Shown here: in pieces, positions 1 through 10,745 of the stretch
Position numbering within the stretch: position 1 is the first letter of the stretch
Layout of the letters: every line of letters starts with the position of its first letter
Assembly: GCA_009377745.1 (NCBI GenBank)
Contig: WHTK01000013.1
Coordinates: forward strand, 1,212-65,211
Reading direction: 5' to 3'
DNA: 64,000 nucleotides
Source of the DNA: Dehalococcoidia bacterium
Lineage (GTDB): Bacteria > Chloroflexota > Dehalococcoidia > DSTF01 > WHTK01
Program-made: the position numbers and the translations under genes
The notes under the pieces: generated by a model
Told to the model about the DNA's origin: nothing
The model's database searches: none
The model's input: only the letters and a program-made list of their open reading frames with translations

Positions 1-42
1 CTGCCGGCCGGAAAGCTGAACTGGCGGCAGGAGCATGTCAAA

Positions 43-2058
43 TTAGTCGCAGGTCGGTGTCGTGCAGTGCGCCACCTTCAAGTCACCATTCGTGGCGTCG
101 TAGTAGCTGATGACCGGCCGCCCGGCCGCATCCAGTGCCAGTGAGCTGTACTGACCGACATCCCCGGCTGAGTCCACAGTGACGATGCTGTTGAAGGCTG
201 GATTGCAGGTGGGGTCGCCACAATGCAGCAGCTTCAAGTCGCCATTCGTAGCGTCGTAGTAACTGACGACGGGGTTGCCATCCGCGTCCAGGGCCAGCGA
301 GGTGTGGAGGCCCACATCCCCTGCCACGTCTACTACCATGAGGCTGTTATTGGCACTGCATCTGGGATTGCCACAGTGCGCGACCCTCAGGTTGGTGTTC
401 AGGGAGTCGTAGTAGCTGATAACCGGGTTTCCGGCCGCGTCCAGGGCCAGCGAAGTGTACTGACCAACGTCACCGACATCGTCCACCGTGATGACTTCCG
501 AGAGGACACAAGCCGGGACATCCTTACCGTCTGGGAGGATCAAGCCTGTGCACCACGCCAGCTTCAAGTCTCGGTTGGTGCTGTCGTAGTAGCTGATTTT
601 TCCATTCGACGCCACGGAGGTATATTGGCCAACATTACCTGCGGCGTCGTAGGTGAAAGAGCTACAGAGAGTGACCTTGACGTCGCAGATTGCCATCTTC
701 AAGGCCGTGTTCGTGCTGTCGTAATAGCTGACGAGAAGCAGCGGCTCCGGGCCACCAAAACCGCCGCCCGGGGTTATCGCCAGCGAGGTGTACTGACCAA
801 CGTCACCCGTCGCGTCCACTCCCGCCAAGGGGGTTAACGCGGCGTTACAGTCGGGGTTGGCGCAGTTCGTTAGTGTGAGGTCACCTGCCGTAGCATCGTA
901 ATGGCTGATGACGGGGTTTCCAGACGAGTCTAGGGCCAGCGAACTGTAGAGGCCCTGGACGTTATTTGGGACACCGCCAGCCACAGGACCAAAACCGGGG
1001 TTGGCGCCACTGCAATTGGCATTGCCGCAGTGCACATGCATTAGGCGACCAAACGTGAAATCGAGGTAGCTTACGTGCGGCCTACCATCCGCGTCCAGTA
1101 CTAGTGAGGTGAAGAGGCCAACGGTATCCTCCGAGTCCACCGTGACGATGCGGTTGAGGTGCGCTAAGACGCCGGTATAGAACCCATTCGTCGCGATAGC
1201 GATCCCCTGCCCGCCGCTTATGCCTGTAACCGTAATCGGCACCTCCTGAGGGCCCTCGAGTACGGTGCCGGTTGTGCTGCACGTCATGCTCTGACCGGGC
1301 GAGAGGACTTCCGCATCGCAGGTCATCGGGCCGAACGAGGTCGTGGCCTCCCGGATCCGAGCCTCTGCCTCGCTGACGTTGGTCACGCCGACGTCGAGCG
1401 TGATCCGGTCGCCCACGGTCAGGTCGGGCCCGGGCGGCGTATCGGCGAGCTGCCCTTCGATGCTCGCGCTCAGCACCAAGGCGCCCTCTAGTTCAGGCGC
1501 AGACTCGACGAAGTTGGTGGCCTCCAGGTAGGTACCCCTGCCCAACGAGAGGTCGACGTTGAGGCCGGCGGTGGTGCTGATAGTCAGCTTCAGGCGCTGA
1601 CCCTCCAGCTCGACGGGGGTCTGCACAGGAATCCTGACCCGCTCCTGCCCGAGACACAGGCCCAGCAGTTGCGTCGTCTGACCGAGCTGCTCGATTTCGT
1701 TGCCGTCCGCGTTGGTCAGGGCAAGGGTATAGGTGGGTGTTAAGGAAAGGCCGACGGTGCAGGGCTTGACCAGGGTGAAGCTGGCGCCCTCGGCAAAGGA
1801 ACCGGTCAGGGGCGGGTCGCTGTACCAGCTGGGGGTGTCGGCGAGGTTCACCTGCAGCGTTTGCCCCGATGATGGAGTGGCGTTCATGGTCGAGCCATCG
1901 GCAGTACCGAGCACGTCGTCGCCGTGGAGGTAGAAGGTCAGCGTCTGGGGCTCCGGCGCCTGGAGGGCCAGGCTGACGGCGGGCGGACCGGCGGCCGCAA
2001 CCAGCGCTAGCGGTATGAGTGCAGACAGCACGAAGGTAGCTAACAGCTTGGGTTTCAT
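43..2058 (-). CDS. secreted repeat protein: signal peptide plus >=7 tandem ~48-aa Cys-terminated repeats (GDVGQYTSLALDAAGNPVISYYDxTNxDLKxAHC), probable beta-propeller/lectin-like surface protein
   Basis: 671-aa ORF; hydrophobic N-terminus MKPKLLATFVLSALIPLALVAAAG; periodic repeats plain in the translation; AAGGGA SD-like motif before the ATG at 2058; same strand, 31 bp downstream of the Calx-beta gene. Confidence 0.65.
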   Translation of the reverse strand: MKPKLLATFVLSALIPLALVAAAGPPAVSLALQAPEPQTLTFYLHGDDVLGTADGSTMNATPSSGQTLQVNLADTPSWYSDPPLTGSFAEGASFTLVKPCTVGLSLTPTYTLALTNADGNEIEQLGQTTQLLGLCLGQERVRIPVQTPVELEGQRLKLTISTTAGLNVDLSLGRGTYLEATNFVESAPELEGALVLSASIEGQLADTPPGPDLTVGDRITLDVGVTNVSEAEARIREATTSFGPMTCDAEVLSPGQSMTCSTTGTVLEGPQEVPITVTGISGGQGIAIATNGFYTGVLAHLNRIVTVDSEDTVGLFTSLVLDADGRPHVSYLDFTFGRLMHVHCGNANCSGANPGFGPVAGGVPNNVQGLYSSLALDSSGNPVISHYDATAGDLTLTNCANPDCNAALTPLAGVDATGDVGQYTSLAITPGGGFGGPEPLLLVSYYDSTNTALKMAICDVKVTLCSSFTYDAAGNVGQYTSVASNGKISYYDSTNRDLKLAWCTGLILPDGKDVPACVLSEVITVDDVGDVGQYTSLALDAAGNPVISYYDSLNTNLRVAHCGNPRCSANNSLMVVDVAGDVGLHTSLALDADGNPVVSYYDATNGDLKLLHCGDPTCNPAFNSIVTVDSAGDVGQYSSLALDAAGRPVISYYDATNGDLKVAHCTTPTCD

Positions 2059-2089
2059 TTCTTATCCCTTCTACCGCGCTCAGCGTGAC

Positions 2090-4165
2090 CTACGAATCGC
2101 AGGGGTTGCCCTCGAAGTTGACCGTTGCCTCACCGATCACGATGTCGCCCAGTAGCGTCTCCAGGACGAGCGTTCGCTGCGTGATCCGGCCTTGCTCCAT
2201 GACCGTCTGGTTGAGGTGCAGGCTGGCGACCAGCAGAGGGATCGTTATCGGCTCGCTGATGGTCAGCAGGGGCTCGCCGTTGATGCTGAGCGTGACGAGC
2301 GATGAACCCGATAGCACCGGCGGCTCCTGACCCACAGCAGCGCACTCAGCCTTCGCGTCTGCCGACACGGCTTGGATCTGGATCAAGTTCAGGCCCGCGG
2401 CCAAGCTGACGTCCGCCAGGTCAGCGTGGGCGACCGCGTTGTCTCCGGCTGCGGGTGGCTCTTGCAAGTCATCGGGCGTTTGGTCCGTGCTCGCGTCGGC
2501 GACACCGGCGCTCGCGCTGAGCAACCCTGAGATCACGTCAACGTCCACGAGCGACTTGGCCTCGTCCAAGCAGGGGACGTCCGGCTCGTTTGCCACGACC
2601 GGCTCGATCGAGAGCACCCTCAGCGCGCTGGCCCGGCAGGAGAACGACCCGTCGCGCTCATCGTCGATGATCGTGCCGATGCCGGTGTTATCCGCGATGG
2701 TCGCGTTGGCGTTCGAAAGCTCTACGTAGAACTCCTCGTCCGGCTCGTCCTCCAGGTCACCCACCACGGGCACCGTGAGCGTCTGACTCGTCTCCAGCGG
2801 CGGGAAGGTCAGGGTCCCGTTGGTCGCGACGTAGTCCTGAGGCGCAGTCGCAGTGCCATCAGCGGTCGCGTAGTCGAGCGTGATTTCGCTCGCGCTGGGA
2901 GTGCTGAGCGTCACCGTGAATACGGCAGGCGTGGCCGGCGACAGTCCCGTGTTGCCCTCTGTCACCGTGACGTCGTTGATGCTGATCTCGGCCACGTCAT
3001 CGTCGATGACCGTACCGATCCCCGTGTCATCGGCGATCTGGGCGTTTACTGGGTTGAAGAGCAGGAGCTCGAAGAATTCGTCTTGCTCATCAACCAGATC
3101 GCCCATCACATCGACGGTGATTGTTCTGCTTATTTCGCCCGGCGGGAATTCCAGCACTGTGGCCTTGCTGGCGTAGTCGTCTGGCGTGATTGCGGAACCG
3201 TCGGCGGTCGAGTAGCCAACCGTGATTGTGGTCGAGCTCGCGTTGCTTAGTGACACCGTGAATGTCGCTGGCGTCGTGCCTGAATCGCCTTCCGTAACCG
3301 TGACGTCGTCGATTTCGATCTCGACCATGTCGTCATCGATGATCGTGCCCACCCCGGTGTCGTCGGCGATCTGTGCTCCTTGCGGGTTCGAGAGCACAAC
3401 GTTAAAGGTCTCATCGGGCTCAGCGATCAAGTCCCCGACGACGTCTATGTCGATGGTTTTGCTAATGTCACCGATGTCGAACGTCAGGAGGCCAAGCTGG
3501 CCCACGAAATCGTTGTTAGGACCCTGGGTCGCTGTGTCCTCTGCGGTTGCGTACTCGACTTTGACCTGCTGCGCCGGGGGCTGATCGAGCGACACTGTGA
3601 ACACAGCATGCGTAGGCGGGGTCAGCTCGGTGTTGCCCTCCGTGAAGGTTACGTTGTCAATCGAAAGCTTCGGGGCGACCCAATTTGCCACAACTTCGTT
3701 TGACGGTTGGGGTGCGGTATTTGCGCCTTGACAATGTCCGTCCACAACGCCTAGGGGTCTGGCGACCAGGTGATCCGTGCCGGTCTTCGAGCTTGTGTAG
3801 GTGAATTCCGCAATTCCCTGCGGATTCGTCGTTGCGGTTTCGGTATGGCCCTGATTGGGACCGCTCGTGACCCTGAGCTGCACTGTCACATGCGTCGCCG
3901 GGTCGGTCCCGGACTGGTCGCCTTCGGGGTCGCAGTTCTCCCAACTGACGTATACCTGTGCTGCGAGCGTATGGTTCGCTCCGATGAGATTGGTTGCGGT
4001 CGCCGGGCCGAGGAAGGTGTCGTAAGTTTGTACGATCTTCCTTGCCTCGACACTGGGGGCAGCCCCGCTCGCCGCCACCAGCCCAAAGATCAGAATGGCA
4101 ACGAGCAAGCCTGGTCGCCATGCGCGCGTGAATAATGAGGCTTTCCGTGGCCTGGATGATGACAT
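2090..4165 (-). CDS. secreted Calx-beta repeat protein (4 Calx-beta-like domains: ...FTVSLS...YxTADGTAxxxxDYxxxxGTLTFxPGExxxTIxVxVxGDxxxExDExFxVxLSNxxxAxIADxTGxGTIIDDD)
   Basis: ORF 2090..4261. Preferred start is the internal ATG at 4165 (Met33), preceded by AAAGGAG SD and followed by a hydrophobic signal segment LLVAILIFGLVAASGAAPS; four Calx-beta-type repeats are recognisable by eye. Confidence 0.7.
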   Translation of the reverse strand: MSSSRPRKASLFTRAWRPGLLVAILIFGLVAASGAAPSVEARKIVQTYDTFLGPATATNLIGANHTLAAQVYVSWENCDPEGDQSGTDPATHVTVQLRVTSGPNQGHTETATTNPQGIAEFTYTSSKTGTDHLVARPLGVVDGHCQGANTAPQPSNEVVANWVAPKLSIDNVTFTEGNTELTPPTHAVFTVSLDQPPAQQVKVEYATAEDTATQGPNNDFVGQLGLLTFDIGDISKTIDIDVVGDLIAEPDETFNVVLSNPQGAQIADDTGVGTIIDDDMVEIEIDDVTVTEGDSGTTPATFTVSLSNASSTTITVGYSTADGSAITPDDYASKATVLEFPPGEISRTITVDVMGDLVDEQDEFFELLLFNPVNAQIADDTGIGTVIDDDVAEISINDVTVTEGNTGLSPATPAVFTVTLSTPSASEITLDYATADGTATAPQDYVATNGTLTFPPLETSQTLTVPVVGDLEDEPDEEFYVELSNANATIADNTGIGTIIDDERDGSFSCRASALRVLSIEPVVANEPDVPCLDEAKSLVDVDVISGLLSASAGVADASTDQTPDDLQEPPAAGDNAVAHADLADVSLAAGLNLIQIQAVSADAKAECAAVGQEPPVLSGSSLVTLSINGEPLLTISEPITIPLLVASLHLNQTVMEQGRITQRTLVLETLLGDIVIGEATVNFEGNPCDS

Positions 4166-4407
4166 GGTCGGTACTCCTTTATGCAATGCCCATCGGGATG
4201 AGTCGCTGCGCGTGAGGCCGGCACAGACGAACAACGAAGTTCGTGCTCGTCTTGGCCGCAATGCCGGATTGCCTGATAGCCCAAACTGCTAGGCACAACT
4301 AACTAATGGCCAACCGTGATAGGATTCGCCACAGGTCGAGTTTATGCGAGTCGTCGTCTTGCGACGCTCGCGATGAGCACCAGATCAGCACCAAAAAAGC
4401 ACCGAAC

Positions 4408-5823
4408 ATGCATCAGAGCTCCTTTGGCAGCGAGAGTCAGGCATCGCGTCCGTCCTACAGTCAGGCGCTGCGGACACTGCGCGAAGCGCGAGGCGTGACA
4501 CAGGATAGTTGGGCAATCGAGCTCGGCATTGGCCGGACGACTGTTCAGCGCTGGGAGAATGGTCAAGCGGTGCCCCATGGACAAATGGAGGAGGCGATTA
4601 TCGCCCTCTGCGCCGAGCGAGGCCTGTTTCGGCGCTACGAAAGCGGTCCGCTGCGCGGGCTTACATTCACGCCGGAAATCCTCCGCGCGATGCTGGCGGA
4701 GGCGCGTCTCGGCTCGGATCAGCCACGGGACAGTCAATCCAATCCGCGGGATGACGAGGCCCGGTCGAGTGGCCCAGCGCTGGAGTCATCTGAATCCGAG
4801 CCGGAAAGGCGACTGGTGGCGGAGGATGTAAGTGCCGAGCATCTGACACGTGGGTCGAGGCTGTTTGCCGCAGGAGCGGCTGTCGTGTTCATTGGCGTGA
4901 TAGCCGCGACGGTCTATCTGCTTGCCAGAGGCAGTGGTGCGCCCGACGTGGTAGGGGCTGACCAGGTGTTGATCGAGCCTCTGACAAGCATCGCAGCCAC
5001 GCGGCCGGACGGCTTCATCACCTTTAGGTCGGAGAAAGAGGGGCAGAGTGCGGTGTTCGTGGTTGATTTCGATGGTTCCAACCTCGCCATGGCATTTGAT
5101 GATCCCCTTTTCGATTCATCGCCTAAATGGTCACCGGACGGAAGACGGCTGGTCTTCACATCGAGGGCCGGGTCTAGCGGCAACCGGGATATTTTCATAA
5201 CGGCGCTGGAGGACGGCGAGGCCGTGCAGCTCACGCAGAGCCCGGCCGATGACCTCGAGCCGGCCTGGGCACCAGACGGTTCTCAGATTGCTTTCGTGTC
5301 CGGTCGTGAAGGCGCTAAGGATATTTTCGTCATGACACCGACGGGAGCGATCACTGACCGTCTCACGAGCACCCCGGCCGACGACCTTCATCCCGCTTGG
5401 TCGTCAGAAGGCGAGCGAATCGCCTTCACTTCCACTCGCGATGGCAACCGAGAGATCTATGTGATGGATAGCGACGGCTCCAACCTAATGCGTCTTACGG
5501 ATCACGCTGCAGACGACGATCAGCCGGCCTGGTCGCCGGACGGTCAGATGATCGCCTTCCAATCGAGGCGAGATGGCAATCGCGAAATTTACATCATGAA
5601 TATTGATGGCACAGGCCTGCGACGCTTGACGAACGACGTCGCCGAAGACCTCCAGCCAACCTGGTCGCCTGATGGCGAGTATTTAGCCTTTGTTTCGACG
5701 AGGGATGGACAGAGGGATATCTACGTCGTTCGCTCTGACGGGACTGGCCTACGGAAGTTGACCGACAAGCTGACGGACAAAGATCAGCCTAGCTGGGTCC
5801 TGCCAAAGGAGGAAACACCTTGA
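4408..5823 (+). CDS. membrane-anchored one-component regulator: N-terminal XRE-type HTH, one TM helix, C-terminal TolB-like PD40 beta-propeller repeats
   Basis: HTH signature SQALRTLREARGVTQDSWAIELGIGRTTVQRWENGQ; TM segment LFAAGAAVVFIGVIAATVYLLA; >=6 repeats of AWSPDGxxIAFxSxRDGNREIY (PD40/TolB type). Start uncertain: ATG 4306 or 4408, neither with a clear SD. Confidence 0.7.
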   Translation: MHQSSFGSESQASRPSYSQALRTLREARGVTQDSWAIELGIGRTTVQRWENGQAVPHGQMEEAIIALCAERGLFRRYESGPLRGLTFTPEILRAMLAEARLGSDQPRDSQSNPRDDEARSSGPALESSESEPERRLVAEDVSAEHLTRGSRLFAAGAAVVFIGVIAATVYLLARGSGAPDVVGADQVLIEPLTSIAATRPDGFITFRSEKEGQSAVFVVDFDGSNLAMAFDDPLFDSSPKWSPDGRRLVFTSRAGSSGNRDIFITALEDGEAVQLTQSPADDLEPAWAPDGSQIAFVSGREGAKDIFVMTPTGAITDRLTSTPADDLHPAWSSEGERIAFTSTRDGNREIYVMDSDGSNLMRLTDHAADDDQPAWSPDGQMIAFQSRRDGNREIYIMNIDGTGLRRLTNDVAEDLQPTWSPDGEYLAFVSTRDGQRDIYVVRSDGTGLRKLTDKLTDKDQPSWVLPKEETP

Positions 5824-6706
5824 GCGGGTCGGTGCGCCTAGCCTCCTCGCGTTTGCCTCGAGGACGAAACGCCGGCAAGCTGCCCTAAAGTCCGAGAAAG
5901 CGGTATCGCGGTCTCTGGTTGAACCCGATTAAACCTTGCTCCCGGGAGGCTCTCGACGTGGAGTCTGGTCAGCCGTCAGGCCTGTTCGAAGGGAACACCT
6001 CAGATCACCATATCAAGTGCATCCTGAACATACATGCCGATGTTCGTCCAGTGGTGAGTAATTTCACAAAATGACCAAGATCTGAATCTGAGCTCAGCTC
6101 ACCAGAGAGCGGGCCGGCGCTGTTCGAAGCTACGCTTTGTACTAACATCGCTGAGCCTCGTCCGGCACAACGTGTTAGGCGGCACATGCAGTTGTCCCTG
6201 TTCGACTGCCTCACGCGAATCACCTCAGGCACGAAGGACCTTATTCAGAAGGCTCAGGTGGGAGAGCCCAGTGCGGAGGCTACCCGAACGGCTACAGTGG
6301 CTCACCCGCGTGGCGCGCAGCTCGGGACCATCGATGCTGCCTTGCTCACGACGTAATCAGGGCTGAGTCTAAGCCGACTGGCAAGCCGTATCCGGCCCAA
6401 GGCTGCCTGACGCCCGAAGACGTGCAGGTGCGGAACAGAAATGATCAACCGGGTGTCACTTGCATAACCAAAGAGGGGACCAAGGAGGCGTCGAGTCCAA
6501 GAGTTGCCCTCACACATAATCAATCGAGTTGAGTTTGGTCTAAAGTGGAGTCCTTGACGATGGGGCATTGCGGTTGACGTCCGATCTCGATGTCGGTCAG
6601 ATCCTCTGCCGCAGGTACCTTCCGGTGATCCCGGAGTCGACGGACAAGTTGGCGCGTTCTAGGCGGGACCATCCAGGTTATGCCGACTTCTCCCGGAGGC
6701 GGATGG

Positions 6707-9281
6707 ATGTCACAGGACGAAGAGCGCAGCGAGCCGATCCGTACACCGGATCAGCGTTTGCGCGTCTTCGTGAGCTCCACCCTGGCGGAGCTCGCCGAGG
6801 AGCGTATCGCTGTTACTCGCGCCATCACCGCCCTGCGGCTCACTCCAGTGCTCTTCGAGCTCGGAGCCCGCCCCCACCCGCCGCAGGAGCTGTACCGGGC
6901 CTACCTGGCGCAGAGTGACATATTCATCGGCATGTACTGGCAGCGCTATGGCTGGGTTGGACCGGGCATGGACATCTCGGGCCTGGAAGACGAGCTCCAG
7001 CTTCCCAGGCAATGCCCCGCTTGCTGTACATCAAGACTCCCGCGCCGGACAGAGAAGAGCAGCTGACTGCAATGATCGGCCGGCTGCAGAGCGAGGCAAC
7101 AAGCTCCTACAGGTCGTTTCGGAGCGCCCGTGATCTTGGACGCCTGGTCCGCGACGACCTCGCCGTGTTGCTCAGCGAGCGGTTCGCCGCGCAGGACAGC
7201 CGCATCGCCGCTTCGACATCCCCGGCATCGAGCAGTGGCCGGCGCCCGCGCTCCCTACCGTCCGCTTCTACCTCGCTGATCGGGCGGGAGCAGGACATCG
7301 TCCAGGTCAGCAGCCTGCTCGAGACACCGGAAGTTCGGCTGGTCACCCTCACCGGTCCAGGCGGTATCGGCAAGACCAGGCTGGCGGTCGCGGTTGGCGA
7401 GCGCCTGGAAGAGCGCTACCCAATGGCGACTGTCTTCGTGCCGTTGGCCTCAATCGCCCAGCCGGAGGCTGGTACTGCCGCGTATCGCAGCCGCGGCCGG
7501 CGCGTCCATGGAAGGTACACGTGCGCCTCTGGATGTCCTGGCCGAGCACCTCGCGGACTCATCTACGCTGCTTGTGCTGGACAGCCTCGAACAGGTCGTC
7601 GGCGTAGGACCTGAGCTTGATGAGCTTTTGACCCGCTGCGCCGATCTCAAGATCCTGGCCACCAGCCGAACCGTGCTCCGGCTGCGGGCCGAGCACGAGT
7701 ACCCTGTCGGGCCGCTGACGGTGCCCATGTTTCCGCAACGCCCTTCGATTGATGAGCTGGCGTCGTTGTCGGCCGTGGCGCTGTTCGTCGACCGGGCCAG
7801 GGCGGTACGCCGCGACTTCGCCCTGAATGAAGACAACGCTCTCGCCGTTGTGGAGATCTGCCGGTGCCTCGATGGCCTGCCGCTCGCCATCGAGCTGGCG
7901 GCGGCCCGCGTCCGGCTTCTGGACCCGACAGCGTTGCTTGCCCGGCTTGGAACGAGCCTCGATGCCCTCGGCGCCGGCCCAGTCGATCTCCCGGAGCGGC
8001 AACGGACGCTGCGCGCGACGATCGAGTGGAGCACCGGCCTGCTCGACGACGCCGAGCGCGACATGCTGGCGGCGCTATCTGTCTTTGTCGATGGCTGGTC
8101 TATCGAGTCGGCCGTGAGCGTTGCCGGCGTCGAAGAGGACCAGACGCTCGATCTGCTCGACGCTCTCGCCGGGCACAGCCTCGTTAGCATCGCCGCGAAG
8201 GATAACGGGCCCAGGTTCCGGATGCTCGAGACCGTGCGGGAGTTCTCTGCCGAGTTGCTTGCCACCACCCCGCACTTCGAAAATACCGTGCGGCGTCACG
8301 CGGCTTATTTCCGGGAGTTTGTCGAGAATTCCCACTGGCCGTTGCCGAACGAGACGGAATGGGCCGGACGCCTGGAAACCGAAGAAGGGAACCTGCGTGT
8401 TGCCATCCGCTGGTTCTTCGCCCATGACATCGCGCCGCTGCCTCACATCTTCCGCATCCTCTGGCGGTTCTGGCAGCTACGGGACCGCAGGACAGAAGGT
8501 AGGCCTGGATCGACGAGCTGGTGACCCTGTCTGCCACACTGGACGACCAGGCGCAGGCCGAGCTGTGGTTAACGTCGGCGACGACGCCGGCGCCCTCGCC
8601 GCGGCAAAAGAGATCGAGCGGCTGCAGGCACGCATCGAAGACCCTTACCTGCAGAGCGCGGCGCACATGGCGATGTCATGGACGCTGCCGATCCTTGATG
8701 ACTTCGAAGGCGCCCTCAGCGCCGCATCGCTGTCGATCCAGGGTTTCCGCGCCCAGGACGAACCGTTCATGGCGGCCATCGTCGTGTTTACTCTCGGGAT
8801 GCTTGAGATGGCGATGGGTCGCTACGAAGACGCTCATCGACACCTGAGCGAGGTCCACGCCACCGGCGGCCAGGACGGCGACAACTGGCTCACGGCGGTT
8901 GCGTGCGTGCAGCTCGCCTCGCTGGCCGTGGATGCGGGCCGGCCGGACGAGGCGCGCGCCCTGCTCGACGAGTCGCTTCACAATAGCCTCGGCACCGAGC
9001 GCAGCACTCACTTGCTGACCTTCTGCCTCGTCGCTTACGCCAAGCTCGCGGCGGCGAGAGGAGAACCGCGGCAGGCCGCGTTGGCCCTGGGCGCCGTCGA
9101 AGGCTTACGCGCTCGTGCCGGTCTGCGGCCCTGGCCGTTGGTGCGCCCGGGCGAAGCAGAGCTACTCGCCGGGGTGAAGCAGGCTTTCCCTCCCGATCAG
9201 TTCCAGGACGCTTTCGTCACAGGCTCCCAGCTCAGCCGGCGTGAAGCGATCGATATCGTGCGCGGCGAAGCATCCAGCTAG
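6707..9281 (+). pseudogene. STAND NTPase (DUF4062 N-domain - NB-ARC/AAA ATPase - TPR-like C-terminus) broken by at least four single-base frameshifts
   Basis: Four consecutive ORFs in frames 2,1,2,(1),0 splice by eye into one protein. Segments: DUF4062-like RVFVSSTLAELAEERIAVTRAITALRLTPVLFELG...SDIFIGMYWQRYGW; P-loop LTGPGGIGKTRLA; LLVLDSLEQV; GLPLAIELAAARV; C-terminal helical repeats. Junctions near 7010, 7470, 8503, 8569. GGAGG SD before ATG 6707. Confidence 0.6.
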
Positions 9282-9413
9282 ACGCCTTTCTCGCAACGGG
9301 CTGTTACCTACGAGGACTAGGGGTGCGGCCCCGGCGCCGGCGTGTCTATGGTGGATGTCCGGACGTCGGTCCTGTTAGGGATGAATATGGCTGCCGTGAG
9401 GAAGAGCTGACTA

Positions 9414-10265
9414 GTGAATACCTCGACAACGACGCGGGCAAGCACGATCACCACCCAGGATGGTACGCAGATTTACTTCAAGGACTGGGGAGTAGGTCAG
9501 CCGATCGTGTTCAGCCACGGTTGGCCGCTCAATTCCGATAGCTGGGAAGGCCAGATGCAGTTCTTCGCCTCCAAGGGCTATCGCTGCATAGCTCATGACC
9601 GCCGCGGTCATGGCAGATCGACTCAGCCCTGGATGGGCAACGAGATGGACACCTACTCCGACGACCTCGCCACGCTCATCCAGGCCCTGGACCTCAGAGA
9701 CCTGGTCTTGATCGGCCATTCCACGGGCGGCGGTGAAGTAACGCGCTACGTGGGACGTCACGGCGTCGGACGCGTGGCGAAGGTGATCCTCGTCTCGGCA
9801 GTCCCGCCGCTGATCGTCAAGACGGACGCAAACCCCGACGGCGTGCCGATCGAGGCGTTGGACCAGGTTCGCGCGGCTCATCTCGCCGATCGCTCCCAGT
9901 TCTACAAAGACTTCTTCAGCGGTCCGTTCTGCGGCTTCAATCGCCCCGGCGCCAAGGTATCGCAGGGCATCATCGACTCGTTCTGGCTGCAGAGCATGCA
10001 GTCCGGCCTGACCAACGCGTTCGACTGCATCAAGGCGTTCTCGGAGACCGACTTCACGGAGGACCTCAAGAAGTTCGAGAACACACCGACGCTGATAATC
10101 CACGGCGACGATGACCAGATCGTCCCGATCGGTGCGTCCGCTATGAAGTCATCTCAACTCGTAAGGGGCGCGACCTTGAAGATTTACGAGGGCGCTCCTC
10201 ACGCCCTGCCGGCCACTCACGCGGAGCGGCTAAACGCCGATATGCTGGAGTTCCTGCGGTCCTAA
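9414..10265 (+). CDS. alpha/beta hydrolase of the non-heme haloperoxidase / arylesterase family
   Basis: 283 aa; characteristic ...[53 protein letters not shown]...[14 protein letters not shown]...[10 protein letters not shown]...APHAL. Confidence 0.85.
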   Translation: MNTSTTTRASTITTQDGTQIYFKDWGVGQPIVFSHGWPLNSDSWEGQMQFFASKGYRCIAHDRRGHGRSTQPWMGNEMDTYSDDLATLIQALDLRDLVLIGHSTGGGEVTRYVGRHGVGRVAKVILVSAVPPLIVKTDANPDGVPIEALDQVRAAHLADRSQFYKDFFSGPFCGFNRPGAKVSQGIIDSFWLQSMQSGLTNAFDCIKAFSETDFTEDLKKFENTPTLIIHGDDDQIVPIGASAMKSSQLVRGATLKIYEGAPHALPATHAERLNADMLEFLRS

Positions 10266-10269
10266 TAGC

Positions 10270-10745
10270 TGCCCTGAGGCGGCAGGATCAAGTACCGGTC
10301 GATGGCTCACAGCCGCAAGCTCAGGCGCAAGAATTGCGTCTCGTCTTTGAACCCGGCGCTTCGCCGATCGAAGTCGAGGCAGACCTACACCTGCTCGCCC
10401 GTGTCGTGGAGAATCTGCTCGATAACGCGCTGCGTTACACTCCGGCCGGAGGATCCGTGCAGGTGTCTTTGCGGCCGTGACGGCAAAAGCGCCTGGTTCA
10501 GGGTTGCCGATACCGGTCCCGGCATCCCTCCAGCCGACCTGTCGCACCTCTTCTCACCTCTCTACCGAGGTGAAGCCTCACGCAACCGCCGTACGGGTGG
10601 CACGGGTCTCGGTTTGACCATCGCCCAGCGCATCCTTCTGGCGCATGGCGGTGACCTCCAAGCAGAGAACAATCTTGGAGGTGGAGCCGTCTTCACGGCC
10701 TCGCTGTCGGCGGCCGCAAGGTCGGCGTTCCCAGCCAGCGCCTGA
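10270..10745 (+). pseudogene. 3' remnant of a histidine kinase (HATPase_c only), frameshifted; no HisKA/TM part present
   Basis: Reads ...LLARVVENLLDNALRYTPAGGSVQVSLRP then stop, continuing in the +1 frame DGKSAWFRVADTGPGIPPADLSHLF...GGTGLGLTIAQRILLAHGGDLQAENNLGGGAVFTASL. An extra T near 10483 causes the shift. Fragment begins immediately after the stop of the upstream hydrolase gene. Confidence 0.5.

Noticed and set aside
7450-8268. 272-aa ORF on the minus strand (and 7559..8002, 8075..8446, 8184..8666) overlapping the STAND gene
   Set aside because: Antisense, Ala/Arg/Ser-rich low-complexity translation typical of wrong-frame ORFs in high-GC DNA; the sense strand carries recognisable NB-ARC motifs.
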